DNA from: an uncultured Candidatus Saccharibacteria bacterium
GTDB taxonomy: Bacteria > Patescibacteriota > Minisyncoccia > Minisyncoccales > Staskawiczbacteraceae
Direction of reading: 5' to 3'
Assembly (NCBI GenBank): GCA_964424305.1
Contig: CAYRHW010000006.1
Span: 1-58,612 of the forward strand
Length of the DNA: 58,612 nucleotides
The position numbers and the translations under genes are program-made. The notes under the pieces are model-generated. The model ran no database searches. It was not told the origin of the DNA and saw nothing but the letters and a program-made list of their open reading frames with translations. Within the stretch, counting starts at the first letter, position 1, and every line of letters starts with the position of its first letter. Of this stretch, positions 16,341 through 24,780 are shown piece by piece.

Positions 16341-17393
16341 ATGATAATTAATCAGAAGACATATACCGTAGAGAGTGTAACTGCTGGCCATCCAGATAAA
16401 GTTTGCGACCAGATATCAGACGCAATCTTAGATGCCTGCTTGGCACAAGATGTTAACTCGAGGGTAGCGGTTGAATCATTCGGTGGGCATGGATTAGTTG
16501 TTGTCGGCGGTGAAGTAACATCTTCAGCTAAGGTTGATTATCAGGAAGTAGCAAGAAGGGTATATAAAGAGATTGGGTACGATCAGGATCTTAAATTTTT
16601 GATTAATATTGTTCAGCAGTCTCCAGACATAGCCATGGGGGTAGATACTGGTGGGGCAGGAGATCAGGGAATTATGTATGGCTACGCCACCAACGAGACG
16701 CCGGAATTCTTGCCTTGGGCAGTCGTGAAGGTGCATGCTTTGGCAAAAGGGTTGGAAGATTTAAGGAAGCAGGGTGGTATTAAATGGTTAAGACCAGATG
16801 GCAAAACGCAACTTACAATGGAGAATAGAAAATTAAGGACAGTTTTAGTAAGCACCCAACATGATGATAAAGTATCGCAAGAAGAGATAAAAGAAACTTT
16901 AATTGAGAAGTTAATAAAACCGATTGTTGGTGATGTCTCCGAAGTAGAGATTTTAGTTAATCCAACCGGCCGATTTTTCCAGGGAGGATTTGAGGCAGAT
17001 ACAGGGCTCACGGGGCGCAAAATAATGGTGGATACTTATTGCGGACTGATTCCCCACGGTGGGGGATGTTTCTCGGGAAAGGATTCTAGCAAGGTTGATA
17101 GATCGGCTGCCTATATGGCGAGATTTGTCGCTAAAAATATTGTGGCCAATGGGCACGCGAAACAATGTATGGTTTCGGTGGCCTATGCAATTGGCAAGGT
17201 AGATCCTCTGATGGTGGAGGCTGTAGATGAAAATGGGGAAAGCATAAGTAAGGAGATAATTTCTAAATTTGATTTTCGTCCATTAGAAATTATTAAAAAG
17301 CTTAATTTGCGAAGACCAATTTATCAGCAAACAGCGGCCTATGGTCATTTCGGGAAAAATGGCCTACCCTGGGAGGAGATAATAAAAATTTAA
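16341..17393 (+). CDS. metK: S-adenosylmethionine synthetase
   Basis: ESVTAGHPDKVCDQISDAILDA, GAGDQGIMYGYA and GGGCFSGKD motifs. Confidence 0.92.
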   Translation: MIINQKTYTVESVTAGHPDKVCDQISDAILDACLAQDVNSRVAVESFGGHGLVVVGGEVTSSAKVDYQEVARRVYKEIGYDQDLKFLINIVQQSPDIAMGVDTGGAGDQGIMYGYATNETPEFLPWAVVKVHALAKGLEDLRKQGGIKWLRPDGKTQLTMENRKLRTVLVSTQHDDKVSQEEIKETLIEKLIKPIVGDVSEVEILVNPTGRFFQGGFEADTGLTGRKIMVDTYCGLIPHGGGCFSGKDSSKVDRSAAYMARFVAKNIVANGHAKQCMVSVAYAIGKVDPLMVEAVDENGESISKEIISKFDFRPLEIIKKLNLRRPIYQQTAAYGHFGKNGLPWEEIIKI

Positions 17394-17403
17394 TATAACA
17401 TAA

Positions 17404-17739
17404 ATGAGTACTATCATAACTGATCAAAATTTCGACGAAGAGATAAATAATCCAGACAAACTTGTCTTGGTAGATTTTTTTGCAACATGGTGTGGCCCCT
17501 GCTCTGTTTTGGGTCCAATTATCGAGAAAGTTGCAGAAGAATTTAAAGATCAGGTTGTTTTACTAAAGGTGGACCTTGATGGTATTCCATCAACAGCCCA
17601 GAAGTTTGGGATTGATAGAATTCCAACTGTGGTCATTTTTAAAGATAGCAAACCCGTTGATGGATTCGTTGGTTTGCTCGCGGAGGGGGAGATTGTTAAT
17701 TGGCTAAAAAAAGTAATAGAAAAAAACAATGGAAAATAA
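17404..17739 (+). CDS. trxA: thioredoxin
   Basis: WCGPC active site in a 111-aa thioredoxin fold. Confidence 0.92.
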   Translation: MSTIITDQNFDEEINNPDKLVLVDFFATWCGPCSVLGPIIEKVAEEFKDQVVLLKVDLDGIPSTAQKFGIDRIPTVVIFKDSKPVDGFVGLLAEGEIVNWLKKVIEKNNGK

Positions 17740-18031
17740 TAATCAGTCGCCCATAACAGAGGATATGCAGAAAAAAATGGATGAGCTAGCAGAATGGTCT
17801 GCTAATTATGCCAAGGAGAGTGGTTTTAATTTAAACCCAGATAAAACAGTCGTCCAAAGATTAATGAGGGGGTTATTGGAGAATGAGAAAAAGCAAGGTC
17901 AAAAAACTTGCCCCTGTAGAAGGTTCACCGGCAACAAAGAGATAGATGTGAAGAGTGTTTGCCCCTGCTATTACCACAAAGATGAAATTGGTAAAGGTGG
18001 GCATTGTCTATGTAATCTATTCGTGAAATAG
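17729..18031 (+). CDS. ferredoxin:thioredoxin reductase catalytic subunit-like protein
   Basis: Cys pattern CPCR...CPCYYH...HCLCNLF, typical of FTR beta (FeThRed_B). It overlaps trxA by 11 nt. Confidence 0.8.
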   Translation: MENNNQSPITEDMQKKMDELAEWSANYAKESGFNLNPDKTVVQRLMRGLLENEKKQGQKTCPCRRFTGNKEIDVKSVCPCYYHKDEIGKGGHCLCNLFVK

Positions 18032-18032
18032 A

Positions 18033-18884
18033 ATGGAGGAAAGAATAAATCTAATAAGAGATAACAAATCGGTTGCTTTATTGGCTCCAACCTTCGCCAT
18101 AGATTTTAAGTATCCCGCAATTATAGGGATGTTAAAGAAACTTGGCTTTGATGAAGTGACGGAGCTTACCTATGGGGCAAGGATGGTGAATTGGGCCTAT
18201 GCTAAATATATTAAGGATAATCCCGACCAAAAGTTTTTCATTGCCTCTCCTTGTCCTACGGTTGTGGCTTTTGTGCAATCACAGTATCCCGAACTAGTGA
18301 AATATTTAATGCCCGTTGTTTCTCCCCTGGTGGCAATGGCAAAAGTTTACAAGAAACATAACCCGGGCCATAGGGTTGTCTTTATCTCTCCATGTCTTGC
18401 CAAGAAAATCATTGAGGCTCCAAAATTCAAAGAATTTATTGACGACGTGATAACACTCCAAGAGTTAAAGCAAATGTTTGCTGAGCAGGGGATCAAAGAG
18501 GAGGATTTTACCGAAGATTACCAATTCGACTCTTTTATAAGGGAATATACAAAGATCTATCCTATTTCTGGTGGCTTGGCCTCAACCTCTCATATTAAAA
18601 GTCTTTTTAGAGAGGGAGAGATATTAATTACAGACGGGATTGAAAACATAAAAAAAGCCTTGGATGATATTAAACACTTTCGGTCACAATATAGGTTTTT
18701 TGATTTACTTAATTGTGATGGCGGATGTATCGGTGGCCCTTCAATAAATAATAGGGACCTTAGCATGGAAGAGAAGAAAAGAATTGTCTTGGGATATACA
18801 ACTAGATCATCTGAAGAAAATATGGGCAAGCACAAGGGGGAAATTAAAGATGCTGAGGAGGTGGATTTGAATACAAGTTTTTAG
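18033..18884 (+). CDS. [FeFe]-hydrogenase large-subunit C-terminal domain family protein (H-domain-like, no F-cluster domain)
   Basis: Collinear with the H-domain. L1-like IASPCP replaces TSCCP, L2-like ISPCLAKKIIE, L3-like LNCDGGCIGGP. It starts 1 nt after the FTR stop. Confidence 0.75.
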   Translation: MEERINLIRDNKSVALLAPTFAIDFKYPAIIGMLKKLGFDEVTELTYGARMVNWAYAKYIKDNPDQKFFIASPCPTVVAFVQSQYPELVKYLMPVVSPLVAMAKVYKKHNPGHRVVFISPCLAKKIIEAPKFKEFIDDVITLQELKQMFAEQGIKEEDFTEDYQFDSFIREYTKIYPISGGLASTSHIKSLFREGEILITDGIENIKKALDDIKHFRSQYRFFDLLNCDGGCIGGPSINNRDLSMEEKKRIVLGYTTRSSEENMGKHKGEIKDAEEVDLNTSF

Positions 18885-18890
18885 GCGGTG

Positions 18891-18916
18891 TCAGCCGTAA
18901 AGGGCTGATTTTTTTT
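18891..18916 (+). terminator. intrinsic terminator of the metK-trx-ftr-hyd operon
   Basis: TCAGCC 18891-18896 / GGCTGA 18903-18908, with an 8-nt T-run at 18909-18916. Confidence 0.8.
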
Positions 18917-19096
18917 GAAATAATCAAAGACAGATTGACGTATATATTTTGTAAGGTAAAGGTCGAGCTATTAATAAAAAAGCAAGGAGTCTCGAGAATT
19001 GCGAGGCTCCTTGCGATTGTTCAAAGATAGCTATTTTGAGCGACCTTCTTTTGTGTACCTATTGTGCTAAAATTAGAATAATAATTACCCTTTGCC

Positions 19097-19681
19097 ATGC
19101 CCATCGAAAATTCCAATATCAGCGATATGGACGACAAGGAATTAATTGCCATCTCTCTGAAGGAAAAAGAGAATTATGGATATCTAATACAGAGATATGA
19201 GGCAAGGTTGTTGAGATACATCATCAGGTTGTCTGGGGTTAGAAAAGAAGACGCCGAAGATATCCTCCAAGAAACTTTCATAAAAGTATACAAGAATCTG
19301 AATGAATATAATGCCAATCTCAGTTTTTCCGCCTGGATATATCGCATTACCCATAATGAAACAATTAGCCATCTGAGACGGCTCAAAGCAAGGCCAAAAA
19401 TTGCTGAAAGCGAAGACAGCAGCCTTCTAATGGATTTTGTAAAAAGTGATCCTGGATTTGGCGCGGATATTGAGAATAAATTCTTGGCGAAGGATCTGGC
19501 AGAGGTTATCGATAGCCTAGATGATAAATATCGGGATGTGATTATATTGATGTACCTTGAGGATAAAAGTTATAAAGAGATATCAGATATTATTAAAAAA
19601 CCAGTGGGGACCGTTGCCACTCTCATCTCTAGGGCGAAGAAACAACTTAAAGATAAAATTATGAAAAATAATCATTTCTAA
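19097..19681 (+). CDS. ECF-type RNA polymerase sigma-70 family factor
   Basis: Region 2 (EDAEDILQETFIKVYKNL...SAWIYRITHNE) and region 4 HTH (SYKEISDIIKKPVGTVATLISRAKKQL). Confidence 0.88.
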   Translation: MPIENSNISDMDDKELIAISLKEKENYGYLIQRYEARLLRYIIRLSGVRKEDAEDILQETFIKVYKNLNEYNANLSFSAWIYRITHNETISHLRRLKARPKIAESEDSSLLMDFVKSDPGFGADIENKFLAKDLAEVIDSLDDKYRDVIILMYLEDKSYKEISDIIKKPVGTVATLISRAKKQLKDKIMKNNHF

Positions 19682-19685
19682 TGTT

Positions 19686-20393
19686 ATGTCCCTAATCTCG
19701 GAAAAAATTACAAAGGATATCCAGGATCAAAAAATTGAACCTCGTCCAAGGTGGTATTTTCTGTTTAAAAATTATGGGATTCTAACTCTTTTTGTTCTTT
19801 CTATCGTTTGTGGGGCCGCTGCAGTCAGCACGATTTTGTTCATGATAGTGGATTACGATCGAGATATCGCCCGCTATCTTGATAGAAGTGAACTCAAAGA
19901 TATTATTCTGTCGGTTCCATACTTTTGGATTATTATTTTGATTATTTTTCTTTCGGCCGCTTATTATAATTTTAAAAAATCCTACACCGGATATCGCTAT
20001 GAGTTATACAAAGTTTTCCTTATAAGTTTCGCGCTTAGCGTTATCCTTGGCGTCGGGTTGTATTATGGTGGGCTAGACTCTCAGATTGATGAATTCCTAT
20101 CGCAGAGAATTCCACTCTATGAAAATTTTATTTACAACAAAGATGATGTCTGGGTCTCTCCGGAACAAGGACTTTTGAGTGGCCGGGTAGTTGAGGTTGG
20201 GGAGGTAGATAAGTTTGTTCTCGAGGACTTTAACGGAAAGGTTTGGCAAGTAGAAGAAATAAAAACTGATGAATCTAATTTTCCAAAAATTAGGAAAGAT
20301 CTTGAGTTAAAGCTAATTGGTAAAAAGACTGGCGACAATACATTTGATGCAGAAAATATCAGGCCGTGGAAGAACAATGGGCGACGAAATTAA
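19686..20393 (+). CDS. membrane protein, putative anti-sigma factor
   Basis: Lies 4 nt downstream of the ECF sigma gene. It has multiple TMs and a C-terminal soluble domain. The function is assigned from position only. Confidence 0.5.
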   Translation: MSLISEKITKDIQDQKIEPRPRWYFLFKNYGILTLFVLSIVCGAAAVSTILFMIVDYDRDIARYLDRSELKDIILSVPYFWIIILIIFLSAAYYNFKKSYTGYRYELYKVFLISFALSVILGVGLYYGGLDSQIDEFLSQRIPLYENFIYNKDDVWVSPEQGLLSGRVVEVGEVDKFVLEDFNGKVWQVEEIKTDESNFPKIRKDLELKLIGKKTGDNTFDAENIRPWKNNGRRN

Positions 20394-20679
20394 TATTCTT
20401 GGAGCCGCGTAGTAATTATGAAAGGTCGAGGGTATTCACTTATCGCAAAGGTAATTATTATGATATTTGGATACAAGGAGAAAAGAGCCCACGCTAGCCC
20501 AAGCCTAGCAATTGTGACTTAATATTCTCAAGCAGCCCCTAAGGTTTACGGGGAAAGCGGTTATCACCGCAAAAAGAATATAAATGGTTACAATCAATGG
20601 TCTTAAATCTCCCCAAAATTAAATATGGGCAGGAGCTAGGATAATAAACTAACCCGTAAAAAGGTTTGTTGACGTATAT

Positions 20680-20702
20680 ATCGCCAAAGGGGCGATTTTT
20701 GT
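20680..20702 (+). terminator. intrinsic terminator ~290 nt downstream of the nearest + strand stop codon
   Basis: ATCGCC 20680-20685 / GGCGAT 20691-20696, with a T-run at 20697-20701. Confidence 0.65.
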
Positions 20703-20737
20703 TTACGTTGTTTTTTCCATAATGGTAAGATAGATAT

Positions 20738-21211
20738 ATGATCAAAGGGACAACGATTGATAAATTTTTTAAAGTGAGCATATTGTTAAAGGGGCTTAAC
20801 GCGCTTTTGGAGATTATCGGGGGAATAATATTTTCAGTAATTAGTTTAGAAAAAATTAACTATTTTGTTTTTGTTTTGACGCAGGGGGAGCTTAGTGAGG
20901 ACCCAAAGGATTTCGTCGCAAATCACATTGTAAGTTTTTTTCAAAATTTTTCGATCAGCGCTCAATTATTTGGGAGTTTGTATCTAATTTCTCATGGGGT
21001 GATTAAAATTTTTCTAATCTACTCCCTTTTGAAACGCAGATTATGGGCCTATCCGTTGTCGATAGTTGTATTTATGCTTTTTGTTTTTTACCAAGCATAT
21101 CGTTTCATATTTAATGGTTCAATCGGGTTATTAGTTTTAACTATTTTAGATATTATTATAATCTTGTTTATTATATTAGAATATGCACGGCTGAAGAAGG
21201 CGAAACCATAG
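20738..21211 (+). CDS. DUF2127-like membrane protein
   Basis: 157 aa with 4 TMs. The LKGLNALLEIIGGI pattern is family recall only. It has a leaderless promoter: TGgTAAGAT with -10 at 20726-20731, then ATG 6 nt later. Confidence 0.6.
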   Translation: MIKGTTIDKFFKVSILLKGLNALLEIIGGIIFSVISLEKINYFVFVLTQGELSEDPKDFVANHIVSFFQNFSISAQLFGSLYLISHGVIKIFLIYSLLKRRLWAYPLSIVVFMLFVFYQAYRFIFNGSIGLLVLTILDIIIILFIILEYARLKKAKP

Positions 21212-21310
21212 TAGTTAGCATGTGTTATTTTGGTAGATTTTATGTCAGTTTGTTGGTATTATAAATCAATGCGAGGTAATAAATATATTATTAATTAAGA
21301 AGCATCAAAC

Positions 21311-21511
21311 ATGAACACGTTCTCTAAAATTGTTTTCTTTTTAATTTTTCTAGCATTTGCCGTAGCATTTTTCCTATATAAACAGTATATGTTTGCTTTT
21401 TTGACCCTTGTGATCTTTCTGGCTTTTTCAAAATGGGATAATGTAAAAAAACTGGTTGCTGGGCGGGGGAGGGTGGAGGTTCAAATACAAAAAGATAAAG
21501 AGGTAAAATAG
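21311..21511 (+). CDS. small 2-TM membrane protein
   Basis: 66-aa ORF just upstream of the P-type ATPase. Confidence 0.5.
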   Translation: MNTFSKIVFFLIFLAFAVAFFLYKQYMFAFLTLVIFLAFSKWDNVKKLVAGRGRVEVQIQKDKEVK

Positions 21512-21516
21512 AATAT

Positions 21517-23421
21517 ATGGACAGGAGTAAAATGGGGGGAGAAATATTTTGGCAGAAATTAAGTTTCCTTTTCTACATTTTTTTAATTGTCTTGCTTACG
21601 GGGGTATTAATAATACCCTTTTTCGTTAAGGGTTTTAATTTCAGTAAAATAATTATTGGGTTGGCAATCGTCGGATTTCTGCCGGTTTTTTGGTCCGTTA
21701 TCAAAGGTTTTCTTCAAAAAAAGTTAACCATTGATGCCTTGGCCGGTTTAGCCCTGGTAATTTCTTTTATCGAGGGCGAGTGGCATTCCGCGGTTTTTAT
21801 TTGCTTAATGCTTGCTTGGGCGAAAATTTTCTATCTATGGACGGCTGCCAAAGAAAAGAAGATCATTGATAGGCTTTTGAAATTTAGACCAGAGATAATA
21901 AAAATAAAGGTTGGGAATAAAATAAAAGAAATCTCCATCTCCGATATTAAAAAAGGCGATCAAGTCGTGATTGAGTCTGGCGGGTTTATTCCCGTTGATG
22001 GAGTGGTCATCTCTGGCCAGGCTGAAGTAAATGAGGCAATGCTTACTGGAGAAAGTGAGCTTAAAGCAAAAAAAATAGGAGATACTGTTTTAAGCTCCAC
22101 CGTTAATGAAAGTGGCTCTCTGCTTGTGCTGGCAGAGAAAGTAGGAAAAGAAAGTTTTTTTGAGAAAACATTAGAGCTGGTTGAGTCGGCGAGTAGGAAA
22201 AAAGGTAAAACCGAAAGAATAGCTGACAAATTTGCCTTTTGGTATGTAATTTTAGTGTTTGTCTCCGCTGGAATAATATTTTTCTTTTTTAGAAATTTTG
22301 GGCTGGTTTTATCTGTTTTGCTTGTAACCTGCGCAGATGATATAGCTGTGGCTGTACCATTAAGTTTTACGATAGCCTTAAGCATAGCTGCCAAAGGGGG
22401 CGTTTTAATTAAGGGTTCAGATGCCCTAGAAAAGATTCCTAAAATTAAGTTTTTTATTACAGACAAAACCGGGACCCTAACCTATGGCAGGCCCAAAGTA
22501 AGAGATATTATTATTTTTAACGGGATCACCGAAAAGGATTTCTTGGAGAAGGTTGGGTTCACGGTTTTAAATTCGCATCATCCAGTTAGTATGGCGATCA
22601 CAGAGTTTTTAAGGGGTGAAAAGATAGGAGAAGTTGCTGCTCCAGATAAGTTTCTAGAATTCATTGGTGCTGGGCTAGAGGCGGAGAAAGATGGCAATAA
22701 GGTTTTGGTTGGCAAGCTGTCGTTTTTACAAGAAAAAGGAATAAGTATATCTGGGTCACAAGCAACAGAAATAAATCAGGAAATTGAGAAAGGATTAAGC
22801 GTAATGATTGTCGCAGTAAATGGTGAGATAGCTGGAGTGATAGTCTACGAAGATGAGGTGCGACCGTTCTCTTTGAAGTTGATAGAAGAAACTAAAAAAA
22901 TGGGCGTGCGCTCATGGGTGCTATTAACTGGTGATAATGAAAGAGTAGCGAAGAAAATATCAGATCAGCTGGGAATATCTAATTACCATGCAAATTTGAA
23001 ACCAGAGGAAAAACTTCGATACATAGAAAATTTTAAAATTAATAATAGTGGCATATCTGCCATGATCGGGGACGGTGTAAATGATGTTGCATCTTTATCA
23101 ATGGTTGATGTCAGCTTTTCCATGGCAAAGATTGGTACAGACGCGGCGATAGAGGCTTCGGATGTGGCCCTGCTAAACGATAAGTTAGAGCGCATTCCAG
23201 AGACAATGTTTTTAGCCAATAAAACAATGCAAACAGTAAGGCAGCATTTTTTACTTTGGGCGATTTTGAATATAATAGGGCTTGTGTTAGTTTTTATCGG
23301 GGTGCTACATCCGATCCAAGCTGCTGCTTATAACTTTATTACTGATTTTATCCCAATACTTAACGCGTTACGGTTAACGAGAGTAGATATGCGCGTTGGG
23401 AATAATGAAAAAACTGCCTAG
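21517..23421 (+). CDS. P-type ATPase (P1B-like size and topology, atypical TM motif)
   Basis: TGES (MLTGESE), DKTGTLT and GDGVNDV motifs. There is no N-terminal HMA domain. The usual CPC/CPx position reads VTCADDIAVAVP. Confidence 0.85.
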   Translation: MDRSKMGGEIFWQKLSFLFYIFLIVLLTGVLIIPFFVKGFNFSKIIIGLAIVGFLPVFWSVIKGFLQKKLTIDALAGLALVISFIEGEWHSAVFICLMLAWAKIFYLWTAAKEKKIIDRLLKFRPEIIKIKVGNKIKEISISDIKKGDQVVIESGGFIPVDGVVISGQAEVNEAMLTGESELKAKKIGDTVLSSTVNESGSLLVLAEKVGKESFFEKTLELVESASRKKGKTERIADKFAFWYVILVFVSAGIIFFFFRNFGLVLSVLLVTCADDIAVAVPLSFTIALSIAAKGGVLIKGSDALEKIPKIKFFITDKTGTLTYGRPKVRDIIIFNGITEKDFLEKVGFTVLNSHHPVSMAITEFLRGEKIGEVAAPDKFLEFIGAGLEAEKDGNKVLVGKLSFLQEKGISISGSQATEINQEIEKGLSVMIVAVNGEIAGVIVYEDEVRPFSLKLIEETKKMGVRSWVLLTGDNERVAKKISDQLGISNYHANLKPEEKLRYIENFKINNSGISAMIGDGVNDVASLSMVDVSFSMAKIGTDAAIEASDVALLNDKLERIPETMFLANKTMQTVRQHFLLWAILNIIGLVLVFIGVLHPIQAAAYNFITDFIPILNALRLTRVDMRVGNNEKTA

Positions 23422-23792
23422 GGGGCAGTTTTCGATTTGGGCGGGATTTCGGATCCTCTTTTTATTTTCTTAAGTATGGCATCTCTGTGTTGCCTTGCAG
23501 TGAGAAGATTTTTTCTGTCTACAAATTTCCACTTGAGAATCGGTCCATCTTTGAAGCGTCTGAAAACCTGAAAGTTTAAGCCTAGGCTTACCCTGCTCTT
23601 CTCTAATACAGACAGAAATTCTTTAGAACATTCCCATAGGTTATGGGGCTGCCCGTCTCCGCAGCGAATATTAGAAGAGAAACTTACATCGGACGCGTTT
23701 CTTTCGGCAATTATTAATCCGATCCGGCCATTGGTATCATCGTCCCCTGGTTCAACGAACCAGCGGATACACCCACTTTTCTGTTTTGCCAT
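23418..23792 (-). CDS. hypothetical protein (124 aa)
   Basis: ATG 23792 is preceded by AAGGAG (complement of 23799-23804) with 6-nt spacing, and by a canonical promoter. The track start at 23849 coincides with the -35 box. Confidence 0.65.
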   Translation of the reverse strand: MAKQKSGCIRWFVEPGDDDTNGRIGLIIAERNASDVSFSSNIRCGDGQPHNLWECSKEFLSVLEKSRVSLGLNFQVFRRFKDGPILKWKFVDRKNLLTARQHRDAILKKIKRGSEIPPKSKTAP

Positions 23793-23820
23793 ATTCGACT
23801 CCTTGTTAACGTGCAACTGC

Positions 23821-23849
23821 AATATATACGCTTTGTATCCTTCTGTCAA
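23821..23849 (-). promoter_or_regulatory. canonical sigma70 promoter (TTGACA-17-TATATT)
   Basis: On the minus strand, TTGACA is the complement of 23844-23849, the spacer is 17 nt, and TATATT is the complement of 23821-23826. Confidence 0.65.
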
Positions 23850-23907
23850 TAATTCATAGTGGGCACGCTTAACTGTTGTAAGTTTTTTTTACTGGTATAA
23901 TAAAACC

Positions 23908-24207
23908 ATGACAGTCCTACAGGTAGTATTCATTTTAATATCAGCTTTTTTGGGCTATCTCATCGGGAGAGTGGGCGATCGTTATATTAATCCGTTGATG
24001 AAAGATCCTTCCTGGGCCCCACATCACTGGATCTATGGAGCAATAATAATGATAATCGGCCTAGTCCTTATGGAAAAACAGGCAATGGGTTTATGGTTAT
24101 TCTCATTCGGCCTCGGACATCTTATAAGTGACTTCAACGATTTTGTAGATTTGAAGTTTATTGGCTCAGATAATAAAGAGAATCCGAAATTTTGGGGAAT
24201 TGATTAG
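23908..24207 (+). CDS. small membrane protein
   Basis: 99 aa with 3 TMs. It has a leaderless promoter: TGgTATAAT with -10 at 23896-23901, then ATG 6 nt later. Confidence 0.6.
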   Translation: MTVLQVVFILISAFLGYLIGRVGDRYINPLMKDPSWAPHHWIYGAIIMIIGLVLMEKQAMGLWLFSFGLGHLISDFNDFVDLKFIGSDNKENPKFWGID

Positions 24208-24213
24208 GTAATT

Positions 24214-24245
24214 AAAAACCCCACTAATGCGGGGATTTTTAATTT
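24214..24245. terminator. bidirectional terminator between convergent genes
   Basis: CCCC 24219-24222 / GGGG 24231-24234, flanked by an A-run and a T-run. Confidence 0.6.
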
Positions 24246-24253
24246 AAATAAGA

Positions 24254-24655
24254 TTATTCTTTGTCCTTTTGCTTCGTTCTCTCTACTTCTGCCATTTTTA
24301 ATTCATTCTTGATTATTTTCTCGGCTATCCCTATGGTTGGGTGTCGGAGCCAGCTAACGATAATATACGCGTCACGGGAGATAAATGTATCGTGCCGATC
24401 TTGGTAATCTGGGTGCGTTCCTTCTTTAATAATCCGGAGTTCTTTGCCGTTGATGTAAATACTTCTTATATCTTTAAGAAGTATTTCTTTGTCGTCGTTT
24501 TTAAATGGGCCCCTATAGATAACTCTTTTGTTCGTTATTACAAGAGCAACTCTTTTTCTAAAAAGGGAAGAAAATCGGCTGGTTAGAGACTTGGGTCTAC
24601 ATATTTCTATAATCTCTTCTCCAGCTTCGATTGTATAGTCGGTGTTGTCCGTCAT
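24254..24655 (-). CDS. hypothetical protein (PH/GRAM-like fold suspected)
   Basis: ORF on the minus strand. ATG 24655 is preferred because the track's TTG 24691 is itself a TTGACA box. Confidence 0.55.
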   Translation of the reverse strand: MTDNTDYTIEAGEEIIEICRPKSLTSRFSSLFRKRVALVITNKRVIYRGPFKNDDKEILLKDIRSIYINGKELRIIKEGTHPDYQDRHDTFISRDAYIIVSWLRHPTIGIAEKIIKNELKMAEVERTKQKDKE

Positions 24656-24780
24656 TGGTTTTATAGTTGAATTTTTGAGGAAGTTTGTCAAGGGGTTGTT
24701 CTTTTGGGTAGTTTTTGTGATAAACTGATAGTAAATAAAAAATTAAATAATTTCGAATGGCACGATGGTGCCTCAATAAT

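Noticed and set aside
20394-20737. RNase P RNA, tmRNA or 6S RNA in the 344-nt gap after the anti-sigma gene.
   Set aside because: There is no GAGGAAAGUCC / ACAGAA..CCGGCUUA P4 signature, no tRNA-like ends, and no extended 6S-type hairpin that I could fold by eye. The region is kept only as an unexplained untranslated region in the findings.
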